Shown piece after piece: positions 18,012 to 27,357 of a stretch of DNA of 64,000 nt (within the stretch, counting starts at the first letter, position 1; the number at the start of each line of letters is the position of its first letter). The translations under genes were made by a program, and so were the position numbers. The notes beneath the pieces are model-generated. The model was not told where the DNA came from. It ran no database searches and saw only the letters and a list, made by a program, of their open reading frames with translations. The DNA lies in the IMG/VR virus record IMGVR_UViG_3300036761_003567, positions 43,224-107,223 of that record; one strand, given 5' to 3'. The stretch is from a virus.

Positions 18012-18998
18012 ATGCGCGTGCTATTACCACATAGACCCGGGGGCGCTTTCAGCTTCATATCAGATGGATGGCTCAATGCCTTCATTGCCACGGGTCACCA
18101 AGCGCAACGCTGGGACGGCAAACAAAGCTCCTGGAATATATTTGATCCGGATCTGATAATCGCATGTTCTGGCCACCGCCAACCCATACCCGCACCGCGC
18201 GGCAGAACAAAATTGGCCGTCCATGTGAACCCTTACGGGCCAGAAAAAATTAAAGGCATTGATGAGCCACAGGAGGCTATAAACTGGACTCTCGCGCAAC
18301 GGCCAGATGCCGTATTCGGATACGGCCACAAAGACGACGGGAGATTCTGGGAGTATTGGACTTCAAAACATGGCATCCCTTGGGTGCCGATGGCTACGGC
18401 CGGGGATGCCACTGTCTTCTACTCCAGGCAAGGTCTAACAAACGCCCCGGTGCCGCGCGACATCCCCATAGGGTACGTTGGCGGTCGCTGGGATTACAAG
18501 GCCAAGAATTTGGACAGATATCTGTTTCCCCTTTTCTCAAACAAGACGCTTGGCTGTAAGGTCCATGGCTGGGGCGGTTGGCAGCCCGGGATCAGCTCTG
18601 GTGTCATTCGGGACGAGGACGTGGCTGGTTTCTTTTCGAGATGCCGAGTCTGCCCCTGCGTTGCCGAACCCCATACCACACAATGGGGTATAGACTTGCC
18701 GGAGCGCGTATTCAAGGTTATCCTCTGTGGCGCCCTGGCTATCCACGATCCTGTAAAGGGCCTGGAACGATTCTCGACGAACATCGTCATGGCCAATGGC
18801 CCGATGGAATTCATAGAGCTCTGTGTCAAATGGTCCAGACCGGAGATGGAACCACAGCGGCAGGAACTCGCCCGGAAACAGCGAAGGGACATATTAAACG
18901 GACACACTTACTTCCACAGGCTGGCAGGACTGCTGAGGACAGTAGGATTTGCAGGGGAGGCGGATAAGATGCTCGAGCACGCCAAATCAATAGTCTAA
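18012..18998 (+). CDS. GT-B glycosyltransferase (CgeB / Glyco_trans_1_2-like)
   Basis: IGYVG, ERVFKVILCG, C-terminal HTYFHR. Confidence 0.8.
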   Translation: MRVLLPHRPGGAFSFISDGWLNAFIATGHQAQRWDGKQSSWNIFDPDLIIACSGHRQPIPAPRGRTKLAVHVNPYGPEKIKGIDEPQEAINWTLAQRPDAVFGYGHKDDGRFWEYWTSKHGIPWVPMATAGDATVFYSRQGLTNAPVPRDIPIGYVGGRWDYKAKNLDRYLFPLFSNKTLGCKVHGWGGWQPGISSGVIRDEDVAGFFSRCRVCPCVAEPHTTQWGIDLPERVFKVILCGALAIHDPVKGLERFSTNIVMANGPMEFIELCVKWSRPEMEPQRQELARKQRRDILNGHTYFHRLAGLLRTVGFAGEADKMLEHAKSIV

Positions 18999-19345
18999 GC
19001 CGGCTTCTCTTCCCTCTGTTCCGCTTCCAGCTTCGCCACGAGCTTCTTCAAGTCCACGAGCGGTACCTTCTCCAGTTTGATGCCCTCATCCAGGAAGGCA
19101 AAGTCCACTTTCTTCTTTCCGATCCCGTCCAAGACCTTCCGGAGGGCCGCCCCAGAGGCCTTCATCCAGAATTGGGCCTTTTGCTGGCTAAGCTTCCTAC
19201 GATATTCCGTCGCAAGCCTGATGATAATGAGATCCCCATCCGCGAGGGAAAGCTTTTCTATTACGGACTTCAGGAGAGCATCCTTGACGTCGGGCGCTGG
19301 TTCGCCGCCAGGCAGATAGGGTGGTTTCGGAGATCCGTTGTTCAT
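18995..19345 (-). CDS. hypothetical protein
   Basis: Convergent on the GT gene; GTATTT upstream. Confidence 0.6.
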   Translation of the reverse strand: MNNGSPKPPYLPGGEPAPDVKDALLKSVIEKLSLADGDLIIIRLATEYRRKLSQQKAQFWMKASGAALRKVLDGIGKKKVDFAFLDEGIKLEKVPLVDLKKLVAKLEAEQREEKPA

Positions 19346-19361
19346 GGGGGTCCCTTTTGGA

Positions 19362-19874
19362 TTATGCGTGTGAAATACAGGTAGCCATCGCTATCGTCCT
19401 TGCGGACACGAGGATGTTGCCGATATAGAGTTCCTCGACGAGGACAGCCGGCTTGCTCTTGTCGCTATGGAACCAGGATTTGGCAAGGAGGAGGGCTTCG
19501 TTGGGCCTATACTGTCTTTCTGAGTGCGACCAGGCGAGATTTTGTGGCAGGAACGGATGGCCTTCTATGCTCGCCATCTCGCGGTAAGCCCTGTAGTATC
19601 GTTCCTCTTTTCCCGTTGGGATGAATTGTGATCTGTCGAGATGCGCTGCAATGAAGACCTTTCCATTACCTGTGCCGCACGGAGAACCCGTATACCTGAC
19701 AGTGTAAATAAGGGTACCGGCGCTTTTCATATCACTTATATCGGAAGAGCTACAGATGACGTCTTCTTTGGACGGAGGGAAGAGAGAACCATCCCTGACG
19801 TCGGCCCCCAGCCGGACGGCAAAATGGCTGATTTTCATACAGACATTTAAAACAGACTTGGATTCTGCTGTCAA
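19362..19874 (-). CDS. hypothetical protein
   Basis: 170-aa ORF filling the gap. Confidence 0.5.
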   Translation of the reverse strand: MTAESKSVLNVCMKISHFAVRLGADVRDGSLFPPSKEDVICSSSDISDMKSAGTLIYTVRYTGSPCGTGNGKVFIAAHLDRSQFIPTGKEERYYRAYREMASIEGHPFLPQNLAWSHSERQYRPNEALLLAKSWFHSDKSKPAVLVEELYIGNILVSARTIAMATCISHA

Positions 19875-19895
19875 TCATTTGTGTATCTAATAAAT

Positions 19896-20249
19896 ATGGA
19901 ACCACTTCGCCTCAGGCTCGTGAAGCAGGCAAAGGAAGAGGAATCAAAGTACTTTCAGAAGTATATCGTCATCAAGAGAGAGAAGATTGGCGGCCTATTT
20001 GCCAAGTTCATGAAGGCCGTCTTCAACGCAGACATCGGCCCCCGGGAAATCGAGACGTTCAAGAGTACGCTGGATGGCATGATGAATCTCCAGGGCCTCC
20101 ACTATTTCGTCGTCAATCTGGATGAAAAAGAAGGCCGGGAAGCCATGATCCAGTACTGGCTCTTGAAAGGCTATCCTCGCGAAGAGATAGAGAAGTGCAT
20201 CCCAAGTTTAAAGGAAGAAGCCAATGACCAAGCCAAAGGCAAAAGCTGA
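19896..20249 (+). CDS. hypothetical protein
   Basis: GTATCT-N7-ATG at 19883-19898. Confidence 0.6.
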   Translation: MEPLRLRLVKQAKEEESKYFQKYIVIKREKIGGLFAKFMKAVFNADIGPREIETFKSTLDGMMNLQGLHYFVVNLDEKEGREAMIQYWLLKGYPREEIEKCIPSLKEEANDQAKGKS

Positions 20250-20892
20250 GCAGAAAAAGGAAGTCCCACCGTATCCGGTCGTCCCAGCAGACCTCCGGGA
20301 GATGGCAGGCCGGATTCAGTTTAGCCTGAAGCCGAGTCCCTTCGTAGCGGACAAGGCTGCGGACGACTTCGCTACCTTCGTGACAGCGAACATCAACCAT
20401 AGCGCCCTCCGTATACTATCTCTGGAAGCTAAGATAAATGGCGACAACCCCACGGTTGCGATCCAGAAGGCGGATGAAGCCTTCGGCGGAGTTGCGGAAT
20501 TCATTTTCGTACAATGCCCGTACTGCCACACCCCACTTCACATCATCGACAACATACACCTCGCGAATTGCCCCGAAGTCCAGAAGAAATATTCCGGCAA
20601 GACGGAGCTCTGGACGACTGGGCAGTGCCTGAAGGATTTCCCGGATACCCAGATGAGATCCTGGCTTGCTTCCTACATTGCACATCTTTCAGTAATGGCG
20701 CCCGGCCCGGTTGCTGAGACGAGCCCGATTCCGCCGCGTCCGGCAGTCATCGACAAGCGCAAGGGGTTGAACGCGATTCAGCCCAAGATCCGCGTCGTGG
20801 GGCAACCTATCCGGGTCCAGCCACAAGTTTCTGCGGTATCGCAGAGGAAGGGATTCGTACCGCCGCGGATGCAGAGAGGGTTCCGGAGGTGA
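20224..20892 (+). CDS. protein with a Ros/MucR-like Zn finger
   Basis: CPYC...IHL..C...FP...S pattern. Confidence 0.55.
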   Translation: MTKPKAKAEQKKEVPPYPVVPADLREMAGRIQFSLKPSPFVADKAADDFATFVTANINHSALRILSLEAKINGDNPTVAIQKADEAFGGVAEFIFVQCPYCHTPLHIIDNIHLANCPEVQKKYSGKTELWTTGQCLKDFPDTQMRSWLASYIAHLSVMAPGPVAETSPIPPRPAVIDKRKGLNAIQPKIRVVGQPIRVQPQVSAVSQRKGFVPPRMQRGFRR

Positions 20893-21063
20893 TTACTTCT
20901 GGCTTTTGAAGAACTCGACTTCGCCTAGGCGCTTTACGGCTCCCTTTCTCGACGAAGACGTGCCGAGGTTCTTCCCCTTCTTGGATAGGACTCGCCATTT
21001 CTTGGGGCCGATCTTCTTGATGCGTTCCAGGATCACATCTTCGGTGAGTAATCTGAGCTTCAT
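20893..21063 (-). CDS. 56-aa basic protein, MKLRLLTE N-terminus (not in the ORF track)
   Basis: MKLRLLTEDVILERIKKIGPKKWRVLSKKGKNLGTSSSRKGAVKRLGEVEFFKSQK*; CAAAGCTA-N4-ATG. Confidence 0.7.
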   Translation of the reverse strand: MKLRLLTEDVILERIKKIGPKKWRVLSKKGKNLGTSSSRKGAVKRLGEVEFFKSQK

Positions 21064-21237
21064 AAGGTAGCTTTGCTGTGATCACGCACAAGGAATGTCG
21101 GAAGAATCTCGGCGGATGCGGGCAGGTCAAACTGGTTGGAGAGTTTGGCGTGGACATCAAGAACTGCGATGGCCGCAGAAACCTCTGCAAGATCTGCGCG
21201 AATGCAAGAAGAAGAGCGGCATACAAGACCAAAGGAC

Positions 21238-21786
21238 CTACCGAAGCTTCTGCGCCCCCGGCATGACCTCGAGCACGGCATTCTTCGCCCAATCCCAAAT
21301 ATCCAGTTTCAGGTCCTTTAGCCCCGATGACGTAATGGGATAATTCTGGGTCTCCACCACCTTCTCTTTTTCCATCGCTTGCACAACCATGATTGGGCCC
21401 GCTTGCACGCGCCTTTCTTTATTTAGAACACCGAAGATCGTCCTTGCCAGGAAGAGAGGTATGCTCTGCGTAGCCTGTTCCGCCTTCCGCATGATATCCG
21501 CCCACTTTTCATCCCTCGTTTTCTGCTTACCGGGCTTACCCGTTCCAAGGCTTATGAGATAAGTCCTCTCCGCGACGGATCTGCCACCGGCTCCGGCGCT
21601 TACGCGGCATCTTATGACGTCGTCGCGGATGGTGTCGCTAACGGGGCTGGGCCAGTTAAACTGGAATGAGTGGAAGTCCTTTCCAAGTCGCTTAATCCCA
21701 GAGAATACTTCACTCTCCAGAATTCTGGCGACTTGGATAATGTCTATCTGGCCTGCTTCGGCTTCATGTAAAAGACAAAGTCTCAT
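21238..21786 (-). CDS. protein with MRLCLLHE N-terminus
   Basis: CAAATATA-N4-ATG places the start at 21786. Confidence 0.65.
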   Translation of the reverse strand: MRLCLLHEAEAGQIDIIQVARILESEVFSGIKRLGKDFHSFQFNWPSPVSDTIRDDVIRCRVSAGAGGRSVAERTYLISLGTGKPGKQKTRDEKWADIMRKAEQATQSIPLFLARTIFGVLNKERRVQAGPIMVVQAMEKEKVVETQNYPITSSGLKDLKLDIWDWAKNAVLEVMPGAQKLR

Positions 21787-22091
21787 AGCGTATATTTGGA
21801 TCCGTCGGCCATCTTCTTTGTATTTAAGAAACGGAGCGGGAAAGATACAATGAAGGTTCCCAAGCCAGTAAGACGTCTGATCTGCCAGATCTTCGGCCAC
21901 CGATGGAAACTGATGCTGGACAAATGGGACAGGCCATGGCCGCTCTATTGCGTGCGTTGTGAGACGGCAGACCTGAATACTAGGCTATTCAGCATACGCC
22001 AGATAAGGGATAGGTGGCTCTGGAGGAAGAAGCGAGGCCTTCCGAATGAATTGGCCGACCGCGGAGACACGATAGAGTTCCTGGAGCAGGA

Positions 22092-22559
22092 ATGAGCAAG
22101 ATAGTCGTCCTGCATGACAAAGAACCGACCCGGTGTCTGGTGGGTACCATAAACCTGAACCAGGACGGGCAATTTCCTGTCTTCGCCGCGGACTATCGCC
22201 AATCGGCGAACCAAGAGAGCGCAAGCAAGCTTCTTCGGTTCCTGTCCGGGCAGCGATTCATCATCTTAAGGATCTTCAGCAGTACCTACCACGTGTTCGT
22301 CGATGAGGATGTGGCGGTCCCGGTCGCGATCGATGGGAAACTCTGTGCCATAAACTGGCACTTAAATTATCAGCCCAATGAACCAGATCACGTTGCGTTT
22401 TTCAAAGCTCTTTTGGAACACGGAAGCTGGGTCCTTTGCGTCGTCACCCAAGACAAGGTCTTGCGGACCGTCATCGGACCCCGATGCCAGGTAATTACCT
22501 CCAGTACCGTGGACGCCACGTTTGAAAATACGGAGATTTTCGATCGCATTAGTACATAG
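22092..22559 (+). CDS. hypothetical protein
   Basis: GGAG SD; ATGA overlap with the upstream ORF. Confidence 0.6.
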   Translation: MSKIVVLHDKEPTRCLVGTINLNQDGQFPVFAADYRQSANQESASKLLRFLSGQRFIILRIFSSTYHVFVDEDVAVPVAIDGKLCAINWHLNYQPNEPDHVAFFKALLEHGSWVLCVVTQDKVLRTVIGPRCQVITSSTVDATFENTEIFDRIST

Positions 22560-22825
22560 GAGCCAAAATGCCGAAGACAACGGAAGACCGCCGGATTCTG
22601 ATCATGGCCCGCGATTTCCTACAAGATGGGATTCAGGGAAATCCGGATGCCGGAGACGTTGCTACGATAGTAGATTGGGACAGGTATGACAAAGTTATGT
22701 TGAATATCAATGGTTATCTGAACAAGACCCAGAAGAAGGCGAGATGATGGAAGAAGAACTTTTTAGATATCAGGTCCTGATCGTAGTTCTCGTCGTGAGC
22801 ATTATTCTCATTGTCATAGACCGCT

Positions 22826-23278
22826 TCAGAAAGAAATAACCCGATTACCGAGTTCGCCGATCGGACCAGAAACCGTCTCGCCCGCCTTCTTCCCGTCCAG
22901 ACGCCATTCCTTCCCGTCCCAGACCAGCACGCCGAATCCCTGGATGGAGATCTTCTTGCCAAGGCCCTCTGCAGTCAGCGTGACCTCCCTGACCCCATTC
23001 ACGGGGGCGGAAGAGACGGAGACCTGGACCGCCTGAGGTGAATATTGGCCCTGATTACCCAGACCCTGCAATCCCACAGAACCCTGCCAGCCTTGATAAC
23101 CCGGCGGGCCGACAAACCCTTGAACGCCTTGAGAAGGGCCAGGGTAGATATCATCATCTGGAGCAAGCGGATTCCAGTTGGGATTGACGGCTCCGGGAGC
23201 TGTAATTGGCTTCGCCTTTCCGGCAAGAAAACCCTTCTTGCCAGTCAGCTTCTTGATGAGGTCTGCGAGCGGGCTCAT
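22826..23278 (-). CDS. hypothetical protein with a short collagen-like G-x-Q run
   Basis: QGVQGFVGPPGYQGWQGSVGLQG. Confidence 0.6.
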   Translation of the reverse strand: MSPLADLIKKLTGKKGFLAGKAKPITAPGAVNPNWNPLAPDDDIYPGPSQGVQGFVGPPGYQGWQGSVGLQGLGNQGQYSPQAVQVSVSSAPVNGVREVTLTAEGLGKKISIQGFGVLVWDGKEWRLDGKKAGETVSGPIGELGNRVISF

Positions 23279-24237
23279 GTCGGATCCACCTTTCTGCCTC
23301 CCATCTTGCCAAGCGGCAATCCCGACGGTTTATCTATGACCGCGGGAGGGGAGAGCGGATTACCAAAAGCAGGCAATTGCTTATTCTGGAGTTGTAGGAT
23401 GCCCAGCTGTTGCAGTTTTTGCAGAGTTGCAAAGTCGCAGTTCTTCAAGACATCAGCTAGAGTTGCGGGCGAGACCTGGGACGGAGCCGCCCCCCCGATT
23501 TTATAATCATCTTCTGGCGCATATAGGGAATTTTGCAATTTCTGATTCATGAGGACTAGCTGCTGCTTCAAATCAACTGCCTCTTCCTCTTTTATTTTGG
23601 CAACCTTCTTGGCTTCTTCTGATTCGTAGAGGACCTCCGGTAAGATGATCTCTACGCCCCTCAGGCTGAACGTACCCTCAAATGTGTCCTCTGGATCTGT
23701 TCCTTCGCGCGTGATCAGGACATAAACGGATTTGTCGCTTTTGTCGCCTATTATCTTGATGTTATCAAAAAGAATTTGACTATTCCAGCTGTCTTGGACA
23801 GGGACTACCTTCCTGATTATCTGTGCATTCTCGTAGGGAGACCCCATGTTCGTTATCTTGACGTGAAAGACCATCTGCTTGTTCTCGAGCGACTCTGCGA
23901 TTTTTACTATGTCCGTATCCTGATCATCCTTGGGCAGATCCATGATCTTGGCGATGCAGGACGGACCAAAGTCCGAATTTATGTGTCCGTTAAGCACCAC
24001 GCGTATTGTGGTCCATTTCTTACCATCGCTCTTGAACAATACCCCCGCCGCGCTCTGCTTCTTGGAATAGAAGAGCATATCCCCGTTGCTGTGAAGAGGC
24101 GGGCCCTTGTCGCCAAGTTTCTTGGTCTGGGGCTGGAGATCTTTCGCTTTAAAGGAATAACAGCCATTTGCGGCCTTGTTCTGGCCTTCCTGCCAGCCCT
24201 GGGCTCCAGCCCAACCAGATAGAGGCATGGGAGACAT
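23275..24237 (-). CDS. hypothetical protein
   Basis: 320-aa ORF; GTATTT-N7-ATG. Confidence 0.7.
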   Translation of the reverse strand: MSPMPLSGWAGAQGWQEGQNKAANGCYSFKAKDLQPQTKKLGDKGPPLHSNGDMLFYSKKQSAAGVLFKSDGKKWTTIRVVLNGHINSDFGPSCIAKIMDLPKDDQDTDIVKIAESLENKQMVFHVKITNMGSPYENAQIIRKVVPVQDSWNSQILFDNIKIIGDKSDKSVYVLITREGTDPEDTFEGTFSLRGVEIILPEVLYESEEAKKVAKIKEEEAVDLKQQLVLMNQKLQNSLYAPEDDYKIGGAAPSQVSPATLADVLKNCDFATLQKLQQLGILQLQNKQLPAFGNPLSPPAVIDKPSGLPLGKMGGRKVDPT

Positions 24238-24462
24238 GGCTTTTAAATACGAGACGGTGAATTATTGACGCCAAACGAATCCTGTGGTTTGATACCGTCA
24301 TGGAAACAACCTGCCGATATTGTCGGGGCGTGGCCAGGCGTACGCGAGAGACATGGGACGGTGCCTATGTCTGGGTCTGTGAGGGCGTAGGTGGCCTGGG
24401 TGGGTGCAAGCGGAGGATGATCTACAACTTCCAGTACAAGCTCGTCGTCATCTCGCCAAGCA

Positions 24463-24957
24463 TCAAACCTCGCCAAGGGCCTTCTCAAGCCTCTGCCGCA
24501 AAGACTCCGGGTATCCAGCGCGTGATGGAAGCGGAGGCGGCTCCTCAGGAGCAGCCTTAGGGAGCGGAGGCGGCACCTCTGCCTTCTTCTCCGATGCTAG
24601 TTTCGCGACGACAGCCCGCACATCCTTCTCAATCGCGGCTTCCCATTCACCACGGACGTTGTTGTGCCAGAGATTCTTGGGGATCGTCACGCCACCCACT
24701 TCCCACTCCAGGACTTCTATTTCTGCCTTCTGGCCTGGAGCCGCAACCGCAACGCCATCCGCCGCGATAGGCCTCTTCTTACCGAAATCCGGCTTGTCGT
24801 GCTTGAGCTCGGCCCGCCAGTCCACCTCGATGATGTCGCCGACCGAGCGGTCATTGGTAAGCTTTACATCGAAGAACGTCCGAGGATCGAGAGCCACCGC
24901 ATGGCGTCCGGAAATGACTTCGCTGATCGCCTGTTCCAGCCGTTCCAGGAATGTCAT
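24463..24957 (-). CDS. hypothetical late-type protein
   Basis: CAAAGATC-N4-ATG; MTFLERLEQAISE N-terminus. Confidence 0.6.
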   Translation of the reverse strand: MTFLERLEQAISEVISGRHAVALDPRTFFDVKLTNDRSVGDIIEVDWRAELKHDKPDFGKKRPIAADGVAVAAPGQKAEIEVLEWEVGGVTIPKNLWHNNVRGEWEAAIEKDVRAVVAKLASEKKAEVPPPLPKAAPEEPPPLPSRAGYPESLRQRLEKALGEV

Positions 24958-25550
24958 GTCTGATCTTTGCTAAAATAGGGGATTATGCTTCCGTTGTGTG
25001 CCTTATAGAGGACGGCATCAGGCCACTCCTTCCCGATCGCATCCAAGACAGTCGGCTCGTTATCGATCACGAACTTGGGTATGTAGTTCTTCCTCTTGAT
25101 GGCATCCACCTTATATTCTGGCGCCTTCAGCATCCGCTGGCCTTCCGGCTTCAGGATGATATCCGTCAGCGGAATGCCCTTGAGCACTTTCATGGCGCTG
25201 TTGATCATCTTTTCCGGCCGGCCGGAGACGGCTACCACGGGGAGGCTTGACTTGCTGGCCAGGATACGGATGAAATCGTAAATGGCTCTATGTGGCGCAT
25301 CCAGATGCGTGAAGGCGTCGTCCAGGAACATCTTGAAGAACTGACTGACCTTGTCCCTATCCTCCTGGGATTGCTTCGCCTTCTGTTTTAGGGCATCCAG
25401 CTTTTCTTCCCAGTCCTCGGGGGTGGCCTCGATGTCGAGCTGCCTGAGGGACTCTACTGCCCGATTCCCGACCGCGACGAGGGTGTCGTCGATGTCGGTT
25501 ATGATGACCTCGAGGCCGAGGACTTCACAGAGCAGACGTTCGAATGCCAT
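24954..25550 (-). CDS. HAD-superfamily phosphatase (PNKP-phosphatase-like) with LLCE leader
   Basis: DIDDTL, VSGRP, YK, VIDN motifs; CAAAAGTA-N4-ATG. Confidence 0.75.
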   Translation of the reverse strand: MAFERLLCEVLGLEVIITDIDDTLVAVGNRAVESLRQLDIEATPEDWEEKLDALKQKAKQSQEDRDKVSQFFKMFLDDAFTHLDAPHRAIYDFIRILASKSSLPVVAVSGRPEKMINSAMKVLKGIPLTDIILKPEGQRMLKAPEYKVDAIKRKNYIPKFVIDNEPTVLDAIGKEWPDAVLYKAHNGSIIPYFSKDQT

Positions 25551-25579
25551 ACGGTACTTTTGGTTCGTATTTTAATTCC

Positions 25580-26242
25580 ATGGACGCGCCAAAGGTCAAG
25601 AAGTATCCCTTCATCGACGAGGTTGGTTATGTCCCGAATGAGATTATAAAGAAATGGGCGGGGGTCATAGGTAAAATACCCAAAGGGCCTCTGCCCAAAA
25701 TCATCTCAAGCCAGGAAGAATTCGTAAAAGAGTTCGGCACACCCTCACCCGCAAATTCATTCGAGAAGAATTTTACATTTCCCTTGCTCAAGAAAGTGAA
25801 TCCCGGCGTGAATTTCTTCGCCGATAGTCTGGTCAGCGTGCAACCAATGCCGACACCGTCCATGAAAGGGCTGAAGGCAGCCTGGTCCGTAGAGGCTGTG
25901 GAAGACCTAAAGGCGGTTCACGGCATTGACATAGGAGAGCGACTTCAAGAAGAACTGATCCAGGCAATGTCCCAGCAGATGGCCAAAGAGGTCGATGAAC
26001 AGATTCTTAAAGACCTTATAGAGCAGGTCCAGGAAGCGAAGCGTAGGGTGGCGATAAAGGCAGAGGAGAAGAGAAGGGAAGCCGTGTGGCGCAGTACTTT
26101 CAGCGTCATTGGCCGGAGATATTTGGACCCGGAAGAAATAAGAGCCGAAGAAGAGTCGGAAATCGAGACAGTGGAAAGAAAAGTCATCGTGGTCGTGCCG
26201 GACTTGCCGTTCGGATTAGGCTGTAGGCGGGTTCTGGTCTAG
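25580..26242 (+). CDS. mosaic of T4-type major-capsid (gp23) and tail-sheath-like fragments
   Basis: FPLLKKV.P...ADSLVSVQPMPTPS joined directly to LKAAWSVEAVEDLKAVHGID...EVDEQILKDL; upstream KGP..ISSQEEFVKEFGTP; GTATTT-N7-ATG. Confidence 0.75.
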   Translation: MDAPKVKKYPFIDEVGYVPNEIIKKWAGVIGKIPKGPLPKIISSQEEFVKEFGTPSPANSFEKNFTFPLLKKVNPGVNFFADSLVSVQPMPTPSMKGLKAAWSVEAVEDLKAVHGIDIGERLQEELIQAMSQQMAKEVDEQILKDLIEQVQEAKRRVAIKAEEKRREAVWRSTFSVIGRRYLDPEEIRAEEESEIETVERKVIVVVPDLPFGLGCRRVLV

Positions 26243-26428
26243 ATTCGGCAACTCAGGTGGGGCTAGCTGCACAGACTCCCACCGCGGACAGCTCATGTCA
26301 TCCCAGGTGCCTTCCCGGGTATTGGGATTATCGGGAAAAGGCGGCTTCATAGCGCAATCCCCGCAGTTCGTCTGCTGGAATTGCGTATAGTGCTTGCACG
26401 TCTTACAGACCTTTTCTTGATCTGCCAT
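26216..26428 (-). CDS. small Cys-rich protein
   Basis: CKTCKHY...C.DC...C..W. Confidence 0.55.
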   Translation of the reverse strand: MADQEKVCKTCKHYTQFQQTNCGDCAMKPPFPDNPNTREGTWDDMSCPRWESVQLAPPELPNLDQNPPTA

Positions 26429-26429
26429 A

Positions 26430-26870
26430 TTAGCTCCCCAGCTTGCTCAGGATCTCTTCTGGATTTGCAGCGAAGGTCCTCTCCTGTCCGGTGGACGATT
26501 CCCTTCGGAAGCCGAGGTTCCTATAATACTCTTCCATTCCCGCAATGCTATTGAGCCAAATCTGCTTCTTTGCCATCTTCGCCTTCTCGGCTAGATATTT
26601 CATGAGCATCGATCCGGCGCCCTTCTTCGTGGATCCGAACATGTGCATCCAAATGACCTTCGGTTCCTCAGACCAGGATATGGCACCGATGACCTCGTCG
26701 CTGTCCAGCACGGCAGTCCTGGTCATATCGTCGTTGGTCAGAGCCCCTACGACGAAATTACTATTCTCCTTCTCCAGGTCCACCTGGTCAGCTAGCTCGG
26801 ACTTCGCACCCGGGCGCAGCTCAATAATGCGGTATGAAGGCTCAGCTTCTGTCAATAAGGATAGGCGCAT
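26430..26870 (-). CDS. GNAT acetyltransferase with MRLSLLTE leader
   Basis: KKGAGSMLM (acetyl-CoA loop), YYRNLGF; CAAAGTTA-N4-ATG. Confidence 0.75.
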   Translation of the reverse strand: MRLSLLTEAEPSYRIIELRPGAKSELADQVDLEKENSNFVVGALTNDDMTRTAVLDSDEVIGAISWSEEPKVIWMHMFGSTKKGAGSMLMKYLAEKAKMAKKQIWLNSIAGMEEYYRNLGFRRESSTGQERTFAANPEEILSKLGS

Positions 26871-26904
26871 AAAATAACTTTGCCAATGGAAGAGAAGGGG
26901 AGCG

Positions 26905-27357
26905 TTAGAGGGCGACCGCGGTGAGCTTCTTCTCGAGGTCTTCGAGCGTGCTGTCGTTCTTCACGACTTCGTCTGCGTCGTCTGCGACCAGTTCGTCGGA
27001 GAATCCGCCGTCGACGCCGGGCCTGTCTATCCAGATGACCTTATCGAACAGAGGCCTGACGACTCCGAGCTGCCTTCTGGTCCGTACCCCGGAGACGACA
27101 TCCGCCTCCCGGACCGCCTCATCTACTGGATAGGCTGCGTCCTTTTGCTGCCTAGCAAGGCCATACTCCCAGAGCTGCTTCCGATATGTCTCCTTGTCAG
27201 CCAGGATCTTCTCCGGATCGAGGCCTTTCTTGGCGGCGAAGTCGCGGATGATGTATTTAGAGGTGCTATCGACAACCTTGACACCCAAGATCCTGCCGAG
27301 CATCCGGGTTGCTTCGGTCTTGCCGGACCGCGTGTATCCGAGGACGAGGATTTTCAT
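26905..27357 (-). CDS. deoxynucleoside monophosphate kinase-like P-loop protein
   Basis: MKILVLGYTRSGKT, GVR, IWIDRP, VKND.TLEDL; GTATTT-N7-ATG fixes the start at 27357. Confidence 0.75.
   Translation of the reverse strand: MKILVLGYTRSGKTEATRMLGRILGVKVVDSTSKYIIRDFAAKKGLDPEKILADKETYRKQLWEYGLARQQKDAAYPVDEAVREADVVSGVRTRRQLGVVRPLFDKVIWIDRPGVDGGFSDELVADDADEVVKNDSTLEDLEKKLTAVAL

Noticed and set aside
25544-26242. The phage's true major capsid gene
   Set aside because: Only about 220 aa, most of the fold is missing, and it is outside a head operon.
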